Positions 50,024-59,492 of a stretch of DNA of 64,000 bases are shown piece after piece. The notes below the pieces were generated by a model. That model did not search any database. It was not told the origin of the DNA and saw nothing but the letters and a program-made list of their open reading frames with translations. Source of the stretch: Candidatus Limnocylindrales bacterium (GTDB taxonomy: Bacteria; Chloroflexota; Limnocylindria; Limnocylindrales; CSP1-4); assembly GCA_038245845.1 (NCBI GenBank), contig JBBRRZ010000011.1, positions 36,494-100,493 on the forward strand, in the 5' to 3' direction. Position 1 is the stretch's first letter, and each line of letters opens with the position of its first letter. The translations under genes and the position numbers were made by a program.

Positions 50024-51070
50024 ATGGCCCGCGAGCTCCCGATGTTCGATCCGACACCCGCCCACGGGTCCGCCCCGGCGCACGCGCTCTCGATCGCGAT
50101 CGGCGGCGGCGGTGCGTTCGACGCGGCGGCCGACGGCAGCCGGGCCCTGCGCCGACACCCCGACTGGATCAAGTCGCGGATGCCCTCGGGCGACAACTAC
50201 CACGACCTCAAGAGCCTGCTCAGCGGCCTCAACCTGAACACCGTGTGCGAGGAGGCCCGCTGCCCGAACATCGGGGAGTGCTGGGACCAGCGCACGGCGA
50301 CCGTGATGATCCTCGGCGACACGTGCACCCGTGCCTGCGGGTTCTGCGCCATCAAGACGGGCAAGCCCACCTGGTTCGACGATGACGAGCCGCGCCGCGT
50401 GGCGGAGGCCGTCGCGGCGATGAACCTGGACCACGTCGTCGTGACGAGCGTTGCCCGCGACGATCTCCCCGACGGCGGTGCGGGCGCGTTCGCCGCAACC
50501 ATCCGCGAGCTGCGTGGCCGCAAGCCGCTGATGGGCGTCGAGGTCCTGATCCCGGACTTCAACGGCGAGGAGACGCCGCTGCGCACCGTCATGGCGGCCG
50601 CGCCCGACATCCTCAACCACAACCTCGAGACGGTTCGTCGACTCCAGAAGCCCGTGCGCAAGCGCGCCCGGTGGGACCGCACGCTGGGTGTGCTCGAGCG
50701 GGCGAAGGCGTACGCGTCCGAGTACGGCAACGACGTCCACACGAAGAGCAGCCTGATGGTTGGCCTGGGCGAGACGCGCAAGGAGATGACCGAGGCATTC
50801 GTCGCGCTGCGGGCGGTCGACACTGACATCCTCACGATCGGCCAGTACCTTCGGCCCACGCTGGACCACCTCCCGCTCGAGCGCTACTACCACCCCGACG
50901 AGTTCGCCTCGATGCGGGAGGAAGCCCAGGCGCTGGGCTTCAAGCATGTCGAGTCTGGGCCGCTCGTCCGATCCAGCTACCACGCGCGGGACCAGGTTCC
51001 GGGCGCGGAGCAGCGTGCGCTCCGCCGCCAGGCCACCATCGACGCCGACGGTCGCGTCGTCGCGGGCTGA
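50024..51070 (+). CDS. lipA: Lipoyl synthase (radical SAM)
   Basis: CEEARCPNIGEC (auxiliary cluster) and CTRACGFC (radical SAM CxxxCxxC), VTSVARDDLPDGG, C-terminal RSSY. An alternative GTG start is at 49983. Confidence 0.85.
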   Translation: MARELPMFDPTPAHGSAPAHALSIAIGGGGAFDAAADGSRALRRHPDWIKSRMPSGDNYHDLKSLLSGLNLNTVCEEARCPNIGECWDQRTATVMILGDTCTRACGFCAIKTGKPTWFDDDEPRRVAEAVAAMNLDHVVVTSVARDDLPDGGAGAFAATIRELRGRKPLMGVEVLIPDFNGEETPLRTVMAAAPDILNHNLETVRRLQKPVRKRARWDRTLGVLERAKAYASEYGNDVHTKSSLMVGLGETRKEMTEAFVALRAVDTDILTIGQYLRPTLDHLPLERYYHPDEFASMREEAQALGFKHVESGPLVRSSYHARDQVPGAEQRALRRQATIDADGRVVAG

Positions 51071-51230
51071 GACCTGGGTCGCACGAACCCCCACAGGCGT
51101 CGGCGAGTTCCTTCCGCGCCCCCCCGAACAGGGTCTTCGACCCCGCCGTGCCGCGCGCGCATGATCGCGGGTTGAGTCGCTGCCTTCGTGGCGCGGCTGT
51201 GTTCAGGAGATCCACCTGAGTCGCTCGCTC

Positions 51231-52235
51231 GTGCGCGTCCTGCCCTGGCTCGCCGCATATGTCTTCGCCGTCGTCGCCGTCGTCACGTTCGGGCCGGTCA
51301 CCGGCCCGTCGCCGTGGTACCCGCCCCGTGGCCATCGGCATCGCCATGCTCAACCGTGCTCGGCCGCCGCTGGTGGCCCGCGATCGTCGTCCTCGAGCTC
51401 GGAATCTCCGCCGCGCAGTACCCCACAGGATCGTGGGTGCGCTCGTCTTCGCGGTGCCAACGGCGCTCGAGGTCGTGATCGGCGCCACGCTGATCCGCCG
51501 GTTGCGGATCACGCTCGACACACCGGACGACGTATTCCGGCTCCTGGGGGTCGCGGTTGCCGCCGGCTCATGGACTCGCCGCACGCGACGCTCGAGGAGC
51601 TGGGCGCCCAGGCGGCTGTCATCACGATCGCGCTCGGAGGGCTGGCCGTCGTGACGGCGATGCAGGAGCGACGCCAGGCGATCGTGGACCTGCAGGCAAG
51701 CGAGCAGCGGTACGCGACCCTGTTCGGAGCGAGCCCGGCGATGCAGCTGCGCCGAGGCCATCGTGACCACAGACCTCGACGGTCGCATCACTGGCTGGAA
51801 CGCGGGCGCCGAGGGGCTCTACGGCTGGACGCGTGCCGACGCGCTGGGCAAGAACGTCGAAACGCTCATCGGGCCGATCGAGCTCGACGAGGGCTGCGTC
51901 GCCGAGGCCGCGCGGCGGGGCGACTCGCTGTTTCTCGGGCAGGTCGTACGCCAGCGCGCGGGCGGCGACCTGGTCCCCGTGGATCTCACCATCTCGCCGA
52001 TCGTCGACGGCGGGACCGTCGTCGGCATGTCACGGATCTCCCACGACCTGCGCCACCTGCACGAGGAGCAGGCCAGCGCTGGCCCGGGCTGCCGGTGCTG
52101 CTCTTCACGGGCTACACGGAACGTCGGCCGCCCGCCTGGGCGTCGCTGCTGATGAAGCCATACGCCAGCGACGAGCTGGTCCACACCGTGCGCTCGCCCG
52201 TGGACGGGGCGCGGGCCGCGACGCTGGTCTCCTGA
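51231..52235 (+). pseudogene. Degraded signalling gene: membrane sensor (MASE1-like) - PAS - receiver-like fragments spread over three frames
   Basis: Frame a: MRVLPWLAAYVFAVVAVVTFGP and ...VLLFTGYTERRPPAWASLLMKPYASDELVHTV (receiver-like C-terminus). Frame b: ...RIVGALVFAVPTALEVVIGATLIRRLRITLDTPDDVFRLLGVAVAAGS. Frame c: PAS core TDLDGRITGWNAGAEGLYGWTRADALGKNVETLIGP...VVGMSRISHDL. At least three frameshifts are needed to join them. Confidence 0.4.
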
Positions 52236-52261
52236 CGGCCGTCCTCGGCTATCCTTCGGGC

Positions 52262-53317
52262 GTGCCGTCCGTCCTGAGTCGCAAGGTCCCCCTCGCAGAG
52301 CTCCACTGCCACCTCGGTGCGGCCGTCACCCCGGCGATCATGTGGTCGATCGCGCACGCGCAGGGGATCAAGCTCCCCACGCGCGACTACTGGGAGTTCA
52401 GGGACCTCATCACGGTCCATCCCCGGCGGCCAAAGTCGTTCGACGGGTACCTCCAGCTGTTCCACTGGACGGAGCTGATCCAGTCGAGCCCGATCGCGGT
52501 GGAGCGTGCGGTCTACGAGGTCGTCGGTGGGGCGTACCGCAAGAACAACATCACGACGATGGAGCTGCGCTTCAACCCGATGAAGCGGAACCGGGGCGGC
52601 GAGCAGGACGTCGACCACATCATCGCGGCAGCCGTCCGGGGGATGGACCGCGCGACGCTCGAGTACCCCGTCAAGCCCGGGCTCATCTTCTGCCTCGACC
52701 GCGCGTTCCCGTACGAGCTCAACGAGATCCTCGTCGAGAAGGCGATCGCGTGGCGCGATCGGGGCGTCGTCGGCGTCGATATCGCAGGCCCCGAGAGTGC
52801 GACGTTCCGGGTCGCCGACTACCGGCGGATCTTCCGCAAGGCCCGCCAGTACGGCCTGGGCATCACCGTCCACACGGGTGAGTCGGGTCCCGTGGAGGAG
52901 ATCGGCCGCGTCGTCGAGATGCTGGAGCCGGACCGCATCGGCCACGGCGTGAAGGCGGCCTACGACCCGCGCACGATGGCCATGCTGCGAGAGCGTGGGA
53001 TCGTCCTGGAGATCTGCCCGACCTCGAACCTCAACACGGGCGTCGTGGCCAGCTGGGAGGAGTTCCGCTGGATCTTCGACCAGTTCCACCGCAATGGCGT
53101 GCGATACGTGATCAGCACGGACGGCCCAGAGATGCTCAAGACGTACATCCGCGACGAGCTCGCCTCGCTCAGCCGCCTCGGGATCCTGTCGCTCGAGCAG
53201 CAGCAGCAGGCGGCCGCGACGTCGCTCGCAGCCTCATTCGTCCCCAACGTCACCGACGTGCCCCTCACCGTCCGCGAGCCCGCCCGCCGCCAGGTCGTGG
53301 AGCGCGAGGAGGGGTAG
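52262..53317 (+). CDS. Adenosine/adenine deaminase-family metal-dependent hydrolase
   Basis: AELHCHLGAA (HxH metal ligands), VHTGES, EICPTSN, SYNTDGP-like VISTDGPEM. Confidence 0.7.
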   Translation: MPSVLSRKVPLAELHCHLGAAVTPAIMWSIAHAQGIKLPTRDYWEFRDLITVHPRRPKSFDGYLQLFHWTELIQSSPIAVERAVYEVVGGAYRKNNITTMELRFNPMKRNRGGEQDVDHIIAAAVRGMDRATLEYPVKPGLIFCLDRAFPYELNEILVEKAIAWRDRGVVGVDIAGPESATFRVADYRRIFRKARQYGLGITVHTGESGPVEEIGRVVEMLEPDRIGHGVKAAYDPRTMAMLRERGIVLEICPTSNLNTGVVASWEEFRWIFDQFHRNGVRYVISTDGPEMLKTYIRDELASLSRLGILSLEQQQQAAATSLAASFVPNVTDVPLTVREPARRQVVEREEG

Positions 53318-53374
53318 CAGCCCGCTCGGGCACGGCCGCGGGCCCGCCGGCGGCTCTCCCGTCAGAGCGTCAAC

Positions 53375-54085
53375 TCAGGCGGGTGGACCCACCCGGAACT
53401 CGCAGCAGCGGTCGCCGTTGGCGATGTGGCGCTCGCGGGTGACGTCCGTCCCGAGCACGTCGCGGAACAGGTCCAGCTCCGCCTGGCAGGCGGCCGGGTT
53501 CGCGGACGCGACGTCCAGGACCGCGCAGTTGTGCTCGAGCAGGTGAATCCCGTTGTCGTCGACGCGCGCCTCGGCGAGGTAGCCGAGCTCGTCCTGGAGA
53601 CGGGCAAGCTCGCGGACGCGGGCCTCGAGCGGCGCATCGGCCGGCAGGACCGCGTCGATCCGCACGCGCAGGCGTGCGACCGACTGGCGCCGGCGCGCGG
53701 CGAACACATCCTCGAGCAGCCCGTCCCCGCCGACCTCGAGGATGGCAGCAAGGAGTCCGGTCGCCAGCCCGTCGTAGTTCGACGGAAAGAGCTCCTGGGC
53801 CTCGGGTGTGACGTCGTACAGGTGACGCGGCCGGCCTACGCCGTGGCGGACCGCGGTCCGCGTGACAAGCCCTGCTGCATCGAGTGCCCGAAGCTGCTGG
53901 GCGACGCCACTGCGGCTCGCGCCCAGGGCCGCGGCGATGGAGTCGGGCGCCGACGGGCCGTACCGACGGATGTGGAGGAGGATCGCCCGTCGCAGGGCGG
54001 GTGCGGGCGGCCCGCCCGTCGCGTGGGTCGCGGGGTCGGAGGGCTGGAGCACGGCGGAGGGGGTGGGGGCGACGGGCTCGGGCAT
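53375..54085 (-). CDS. ArsR-like winged-helix transcriptional regulator with a C-terminal extension
   Basis: ILLHIRRYGPSAPDSIAAALGASRSGVAQQLRALDAAGLV (HTH). Divergent from the acyl-CoA dehydrogenase gene 64 bp away. Confidence 0.55.
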   Translation of the reverse strand: MPEPVAPTPSAVLQPSDPATHATGGPPAPALRRAILLHIRRYGPSAPDSIAAALGASRSGVAQQLRALDAAGLVTRTAVRHGVGRPRHLYDVTPEAQELFPSNYDGLATGLLAAILEVGGDGLLEDVFAARRRQSVARLRVRIDAVLPADAPLEARVRELARLQDELGYLAEARVDDNGIHLLEHNCAVLDVASANPAACQAELDLFRDVLGTDVTRERHIANGDRCCEFRVGPPA

Positions 54086-54148
54086 GCGGGGAGAGGCTAG
54101 CAAGAACCGGCGCCCGGCGTCCGGCCGACGCGGGGGTACGATCCCGGC

Positions 54149-55315
54149 ATGGACCTCGACCTGACGCCCGACCACGTACTCCTTCGCGACACGATCCGCG
54201 AGTTCATGACGACCGAGGTGGCGCCCGTCGTCGACGAGCACGAGCGTGCCCGCCGCTTCCCGAGCGGAATCATCCGCCGGATCGCGGAGCTGGGCTGGCT
54301 TGGCATCAACGTCCCGGAGCGGTGGGGCGGCGCGGGCATGGACACCGTGTCGTACGCGATCGCCATCGAGGAGATCGCTCGCGTCTGGGGGTCGCTCGCG
54401 CTCATCGTCGCCGCCCACACCAGCCTCGGCTGCGGGCCGCTCCTGATCGCGGGGACGGATGAGCAGCGGGAGCGCTACCTGCCGAAGCTCGCCTCCGGCG
54501 AGTGGCTGGGTGCCTACGGGCTGACCGAGCCCAACGCGGGCTCGGACGCGGGTGGCACCCGGACGACCGCCATGCATGAACCGGGCGCGGACGGCGGCAC
54601 GTGGGTCATCGACGGCCAGAAGCGCTTCATCACCAACGCCGGCCAGGCCAGCCTGTACATCCTGACTGCGCGCACGGGCGCCAACGCGGACGGGTCCGCG
54701 GCGATCTCGGCGTTCCTCGTGCCAGCCGACTCGCCCGGGTTCACCGTCGGGCGGCTCGAGGAGAAGATGGGCCTCCACGCCTCGGCGACCGGCGAGCTCA
54801 ACCTGGACGGCGTCCGCGTTCCGCACGCGAACCTGCTGGGCGAGGAGGGGACGGGTTTTCGCGCCTTCCTGAAGGTCCTCGACGGCGGACGGATCTCGGT
54901 TGCGGCCCTCGCCCTCGGGCTCTCACAGGCCGCCCTCGACGCTGCCGTCCCCTACGCGCAGACGCGCGAGCAGTTCGGGCGCCCGATCGGCTCGTTTCAG
55001 GGCGTCGCGTTCATGATCGCGGACATGGCGACCGAGATCGAGGCGGCGCGCGCCCTCGTCTACCGCGCCGCCTGGCTCAAGGACCAGGGCCGCGAGTACG
55101 GGCTGGCCGCCGCCCAGGCAAAGCTGTTCGCCTCAGAGGTGTCGTCGCGGGTGACGAACGCCGCGATCCAGGTCCACGGCGGCTACGGCTACGTCGAGGA
55201 CTACAAGGTCGAGCGCTTCCTGCGCGACGCGAAGCTCACCGAGATCGGGGAGGGGACCAGCCAGGTCCAGCGCCTCGTGATCGCGCGCAAGATCCTGGGC
55301 CTGCGGGTCGTCTAG
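54149..55315 (+). CDS. Acyl-CoA dehydrogenase
   Basis: AYGLTEPNAGSD, catalytic region QVHGGYGYVEDYKVERFLRDAKLTEIGEGT. Confidence 0.85.
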   Translation: MDLDLTPDHVLLRDTIREFMTTEVAPVVDEHERARRFPSGIIRRIAELGWLGINVPERWGGAGMDTVSYAIAIEEIARVWGSLALIVAAHTSLGCGPLLIAGTDEQRERYLPKLASGEWLGAYGLTEPNAGSDAGGTRTTAMHEPGADGGTWVIDGQKRFITNAGQASLYILTARTGANADGSAAISAFLVPADSPGFTVGRLEEKMGLHASATGELNLDGVRVPHANLLGEEGTGFRAFLKVLDGGRISVAALALGLSQAALDAAVPYAQTREQFGRPIGSFQGVAFMIADMATEIEAARALVYRAAWLKDQGREYGLAAAQAKLFASEVSSRVTNAAIQVHGGYGYVEDYKVERFLRDAKLTEIGEGTSQVQRLVIARKILGLRVV

Positions 55316-55602
55316 GGACGCGGTCGCTGTCGCGAGCGCCGGCCTCGGTCACCGGGCGCGCCGATCGGCTCACGCGGTCGCCCATCGCTGCCCCCGTTCC
55401 GCCACCGGGCGCACCGTTCCGCCGCCCCGCGATGCTACGGTTCCGCGCCGGGATGAATCCGCCGCCCGGCGAGCGAAAGGCGCGGGCGTGGGGGGCAACG
55501 GCCGGCACGACGGTGCGAAGCGGCGTACGCGAGTTGCCTGGCCGTGGTCCGGGCGGCCGGCCCCCGGGCACCACCCCGTTGTGGCCGTTTCGCCAGCGGC
55601 GC

Positions 55603-56484
55603 CTAGTTGACCTCGACCAGGCGGACCATCAGGCGGTACTCGCTGTTCGCCCCGACACATGTCTGGAGGGTCATCGAGGGCACGCTCTGCGCAGCCCAGG
55701 CCCAACTCGCGGCCGTCGTGGGCCGGGTGAGCTTCCACCAGCGCACCGTGTACAGGTGGACCCGGCCCGCGCCGTCGGCGTAGTACGCCCTCATCCCGAC
55801 CCGCAGCCGACCGCTGACGTACGCGTCGTGGAGCGGCTTGAACACCGAGTAGGCGTGGCCCAGGAGGTAGACGTTGTTCGCGCCGGCGCAGCCCCAGCGG
55901 TAGACGTAGTTGTTGGGCGGCTCCTTGCGATCGCAGGGGAACGAGTGCACCGAGCGGTTGATGCCCAGCGCAGGGATCCAGACGTGGTTCGTGCCGCGAT
56001 AGTTCGGGGAGCTTGCCGTCTTCGTGCCGCCCGACGTCCCATTTGACTTCGTGCCGCCCGACGTCCCGTTTGACTTCGTCCCGCCCGTCGTCCCGCTGGA
56101 CTTCGTCGTGGTCGCGGCGGTATTGCGATGCAGGGCGGGCGCAGCCGCGCGCAGTCGTCGTGCCGGGCTCTGCGCCGCGGCGGAGGTCATGGTGCGCGTC
56201 GCGCCGGCCCTCGGACTGTCCGGCATCTCGGGGCGTCGCGTCGACACGGACGAGACGAGGCGGCTCGAATCGAGATCCTGGCCGCTTCCGGTGGCGTCGG
56301 TGGCGTCGGTGCGCTCGGCCATGACCACCCCGCTCGGCGCCAGGGCCGGGAGCGGATGTCGGCTGCCGGCATCCTGGCCGCGCGTGATCGTCGCCACGGC
56401 GGCGACCGCGGTCACCGATTCGAGGGCGAGGAAGAGCGCGAGAGCGGTCGAGAGGGCACGTCGGCGGCGAGTCGGGATCTCCAT
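55603..56484 (-). CDS. Sortase-family transpeptidase (class F-like) with a repetitive Gly/Thr/Ser linker
   Basis: N-terminal TM, linker with three 9-aa repeats of the SNGTSGGTK type, catalytic His region NVYLLGH, TLxTC motif MTLQTC, conserved Arg. Confidence 0.6.
   Translation of the reverse strand: MEIPTRRRRALSTALALFLALESVTAVAAVATITRGQDAGSRHPLPALAPSGVVMAERTDATDATGSGQDLDSSRLVSSVSTRRPEMPDSPRAGATRTMTSAAAQSPARRLRAAAPALHRNTAATTTKSSGTTGGTKSNGTSGGTKSNGTSGGTKTASSPNYRGTNHVWIPALGINRSVHSFPCDRKEPPNNYVYRWGCAGANNVYLLGHAYSVFKPLHDAYVSGRLRVGMRAYYADGAGRVHLYTVRWWKLTRPTTAASWAWAAQSVPSMTLQTCVGANSEYRLMVRLVEVN
56038..56125. repeat. 27-bp tandem repeat, 3 copies plus a partial copy, encoding the sortase linker
   Basis: cttcgtgccgcccgacgtcccatttga, cttcgtgccgcccgacgtcccgtttga, cttcgtcccgcccgtcgtcccgctgga. 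Confidence 0.7.
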
Positions 56485-56648
56485 GTCCCGAGCATCGGCG
56501 CGTCGGCGCACCACTTCGACGGCTCGGTCGTCACCCTCCCGATAGGAACCGGGTCATGGTCCCGGTGCGGTCAGGTGGGGTTGCGTGAGGACTGGTCCAG
56601 TACTCGCCCATGACCCCTCGTCTGGGGGTGCGGTGCGGATGGGTGGCG

Positions 56649-57137
56649 TCAGCCGCCCGTTCCTGCCGCGGCCTCGACCGTGGCCCGGATCGCCGCCTCG
56701 AAGTCGGGCGCCCACGGCCCCTGGCCCGCCAGCACGTATGGGGACTGCTGGAGCTCCTCGTACGTCTCGCGGTCGGTCACCCACGTCTCGGCGCACCGTC
56801 CGACGGCGTCGCGATGCCGATCCCAGGCAGCCTGGTTGCGGAAGACGTAGAGGTAGATCTTCACCGGCGCCGCCTGGTCGAGGCCGTGTGCGCTGAAGCT
56901 GATCGAGGCCGGCACGAGGTCCGGGTCGGTGCAGCCTGCGTCACCCGAGACCCAGTCCACGACGGTGACGCCCGCGGCCTTGAGGCGACCGGTCAGGCCC
57001 GGGAAGTCGGTCGGCGTCGCCGGCGGCTCGGTACCCACGAGGCCGCCGCAGCCCGCGACGACGAGCAGCACCAGCCCGAGGGCGGCGGCTCGCCAGCGCG
57101 CTCGCAATGAGAAACGGCCGGCGGGTGACGGTGCCAT
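56649..57137 (-). CDS. Hypothetical lipoprotein
   Basis: AALGLVLLVVAGCGG lipobox. 162 aa. Confidence 0.5.
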   Translation of the reverse strand: MAPSPAGRFSLRARWRAAALGLVLLVVAGCGGLVGTEPPATPTDFPGLTGRLKAAGVTVVDWVSGDAGCTDPDLVPASISFSAHGLDQAAPVKIYLYVFRNQAAWDRHRDAVGRCAETWVTDRETYEELQQSPYVLAGQGPWAPDFEAAIRATVEAAAGTGG

Positions 57138-57191
57138 GCCATGGAGGCTAGCACCGGCCCCCGCCGGCCGCGCCAGGGTCCGGGTCGGGGG

Positions 57192-59360
57192 TTACTTGAG
57201 CACGACGAACGCGTCGACGTCGACGCGGCCGCTCGAGACGACCAGCTTGATCGTGTGGGTGGCGCTCGAGGTGAATGTCACGACGTACGCGAGGGTGCGG
57301 TACTTCGTGGTTGAGAGCGTGAGGGTAAGGGTCGTCTTGAGGACGCCATCGAGGTAGACCTTGACCTTGCCCCGGCTCGACGCCTTCGTGGTGACGAAGG
57401 CGAATGACCGGCCGCTCGTCTTGAACGAGGCCGACGCACCGGCGCTCGAGGAGTACCTCGAGGAGCCGCCGCTGTACGACGAGCTGGTCGAGGTGCCCCA
57501 GCTGCCGCTGAAGGTGGTGCCGGAGGTCTGGTAGACGACCGGGGTCAGCTTCGTACCCGGGACGAACGCGCTCGCGTTGCCGTACGCGTCCACGGCCTGG
57601 GCGGCGTACTGGTGAGCGAAGTTGCTCGTGTTCGTGCTGTCCTTCCAGTAGTGCGAGCGCGTCGTTGACGTGCCCGTCGCGGACCCGGCTGGCGTGTACC
57701 CGCTCCCGAACCGGTCGAGGTTCAGGTTCGTGCGCACGACCCCGGATCCCGGATCGCTCGTGGTCCACGAGACCTTCACCGGCACGGTGTAGCTCGCGAG
57801 GGTGGTGCCGGAGATGAGGGCCTGCGTCGGCGCGGCGGTCACCAACGGCGAGGTGAGGTCGAAGACGAGGCGCTGGACCGAGGTCGCCCAGCCACCGGAC
57901 GCGTCGGGGACGGCCGCGGCCGACCAGACGGCCCCGGAGCCGGACGGATCCTGCGCAACCGCGGTGTAGTCACCCCAGCGGGTTCCGAGGTAGCCCGTGG
58001 GTCCTTCCGTGACCTCGAGCTCCTTCCAGCTGCCCGCGTAGTAGACCGCGGCCCATGCGCTGGGATTGAGGCTGGCGGAGGACCGGGTATAGGTCGCCAT
58101 CAGGGACCCTGCCCCGGTGAACCCGATGCCACCCATGAACGTGTCCGTCCCGAGGCCCGCGCCGATCAGGTCGTCACGGATCAGCGACGGCGGGTTCGTC
58201 GTGGTGTTGAGGGTCGAGACGCGGGTGTAGTCATCGCCCCCGGAGCTGCAGGTCGACACGACGGCGAGCGTGTTCGAGAACCACGCCGCGTCCGTGGGCC
58301 GGCCGTCGACGGCATCCGTGATGGTCGCCGGGATGCCGGGCTGGCGCGGCGCCGTGGCCTCGCAGTAGCCGGTCATGATCCCGCCCAGGCCGTGCCAGAC
58401 GATGGAGGTCGGGGCGCTCCCGGTGAGCTTCGCGTACTGGTAGTCAGTGCCCGCCGCGTCGACCGACACGAGGTGGACGTCGGCGGACGAGGACTCCACG
58501 AGCGCGGGGCGAGGCGTATACACGCCAGGATCCGCGAACGTCCACAGCGACGGGTTCGGGAACACGCCCGCGAGGATGTCCGACCACTTCATCACGAGGA
58601 CGCTGCCGCCGACGAAGTCGGGGCCGTTGAACTCGTTCGCCGTGAGGACGACCTTGTCGGTCGAGCTCGCGATGCCCGGGTAATCCGGCAACGTGGGCGC
58701 GCCGAGATCGTCGGTGTACTCGTAGCTGAAGATGCGCCAGGCGCCGGTCGGGTCGCTCGTGTCGGACACGGCGACGTTGAGGTAGTTGAACGAGAAGTCC
58801 GACTGGTAGCTCAGCAGGACGCCGATCCAGCGGCTCTTCGCCTTGTCCCACAGGATGCGCGGGTCGGAGTCGAGCTCGGACGGGTCGAGGCCGAACAGCG
58901 CCCACGTGGGCACGGACTGGAGGACGGTGCCCGCGCGCGTCGAGATCCGGACGAGGCCATTCGTTGACTGGACCACGTGCGAGGGGCTCACGGCGATCCA
59001 CGGGTCGGGCGGTTCGAGCGCGAGGCCGTCAGGGGCCTGCGAGATCCCCGGAAACTCCGTCGCCACCACCGGGAGCGGTCCGATGATCCGCGCGTGATGC
59101 TGCGTAGGCAGATTGGGCGTGACGGCCCGCTCCGCGAGGCCGGGGAGCGCCCGCAACGGGCGCTTGATCGTGGGGCGCTCCACGCCCCGTGCTCGTGCAG
59201 CCGCAACCGCGGGCACGACCGTGCCCCGATCGCGGGTGTGGCCGGCGGCGCGAGCCGATGCGGACGGTGCCGCGGCCACGCTCGTGGCCAGCAGCGACGA
59301 GATGAGTGCGACGGTGCCGGCCAGCGCGACGACGCGGCCGACCAGGGTCCGGGATGTCAT
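57192..59360 (-). CDS. Large secreted protein of unknown function (722 aa; Ser/Thr-rich C-terminal beta-rich region)
   Basis: Signal peptide MTSRTLVGRVVALAGTVALISSLLATSVAAAP. No catalytic motif recognised. RWGDYTAVAQDP and repeated S/T-rich strands near the C-terminus. Confidence 0.6.
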   Translation of the reverse strand: MTSRTLVGRVVALAGTVALISSLLATSVAAAPSASARAAGHTRDRGTVVPAVAAARARGVERPTIKRPLRALPGLAERAVTPNLPTQHHARIIGPLPVVATEFPGISQAPDGLALEPPDPWIAVSPSHVVQSTNGLVRISTRAGTVLQSVPTWALFGLDPSELDSDPRILWDKAKSRWIGVLLSYQSDFSFNYLNVAVSDTSDPTGAWRIFSYEYTDDLGAPTLPDYPGIASSTDKVVLTANEFNGPDFVGGSVLVMKWSDILAGVFPNPSLWTFADPGVYTPRPALVESSSADVHLVSVDAAGTDYQYAKLTGSAPTSIVWHGLGGIMTGYCEATAPRQPGIPATITDAVDGRPTDAAWFSNTLAVVSTCSSGGDDYTRVSTLNTTTNPPSLIRDDLIGAGLGTDTFMGGIGFTGAGSLMATYTRSSASLNPSAWAAVYYAGSWKELEVTEGPTGYLGTRWGDYTAVAQDPSGSGAVWSAAAVPDASGGWATSVQRLVFDLTSPLVTAAPTQALISGTTLASYTVPVKVSWTTSDPGSGVVRTNLNLDRFGSGYTPAGSATGTSTTRSHYWKDSTNTSNFAHQYAAQAVDAYGNASAFVPGTKLTPVVYQTSGTTFSGSWGTSTSSSYSGGSSRYSSSAGASASFKTSGRSFAFVTTKASSRGKVKVYLDGVLKTTLTLTLSTTKYRTLAYVVTFTSSATHTIKLVVSSGRVDVDAFVVLK

Positions 59361-59492
59361 CCGGCGAGCTCCCCCAAAGAGACTGGATCGCGCGGTGAGT
59401 CCACGCGATGGCTGCGCGGATTGTCGCAGGCTGACGCCGACCCGATGTAGCCGGTCCTGCACGTGGCTGGCGTCGGGCAGATCCCGCGCCGG

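Noticed and set aside
55603-59360. Sortase substrate among the neighbouring secreted proteins
   Set aside because: Neither the lipoprotein nor the 722-aa secreted protein ends in an LPxTG/LAxTG motif followed by a TM segment and a positive tail.
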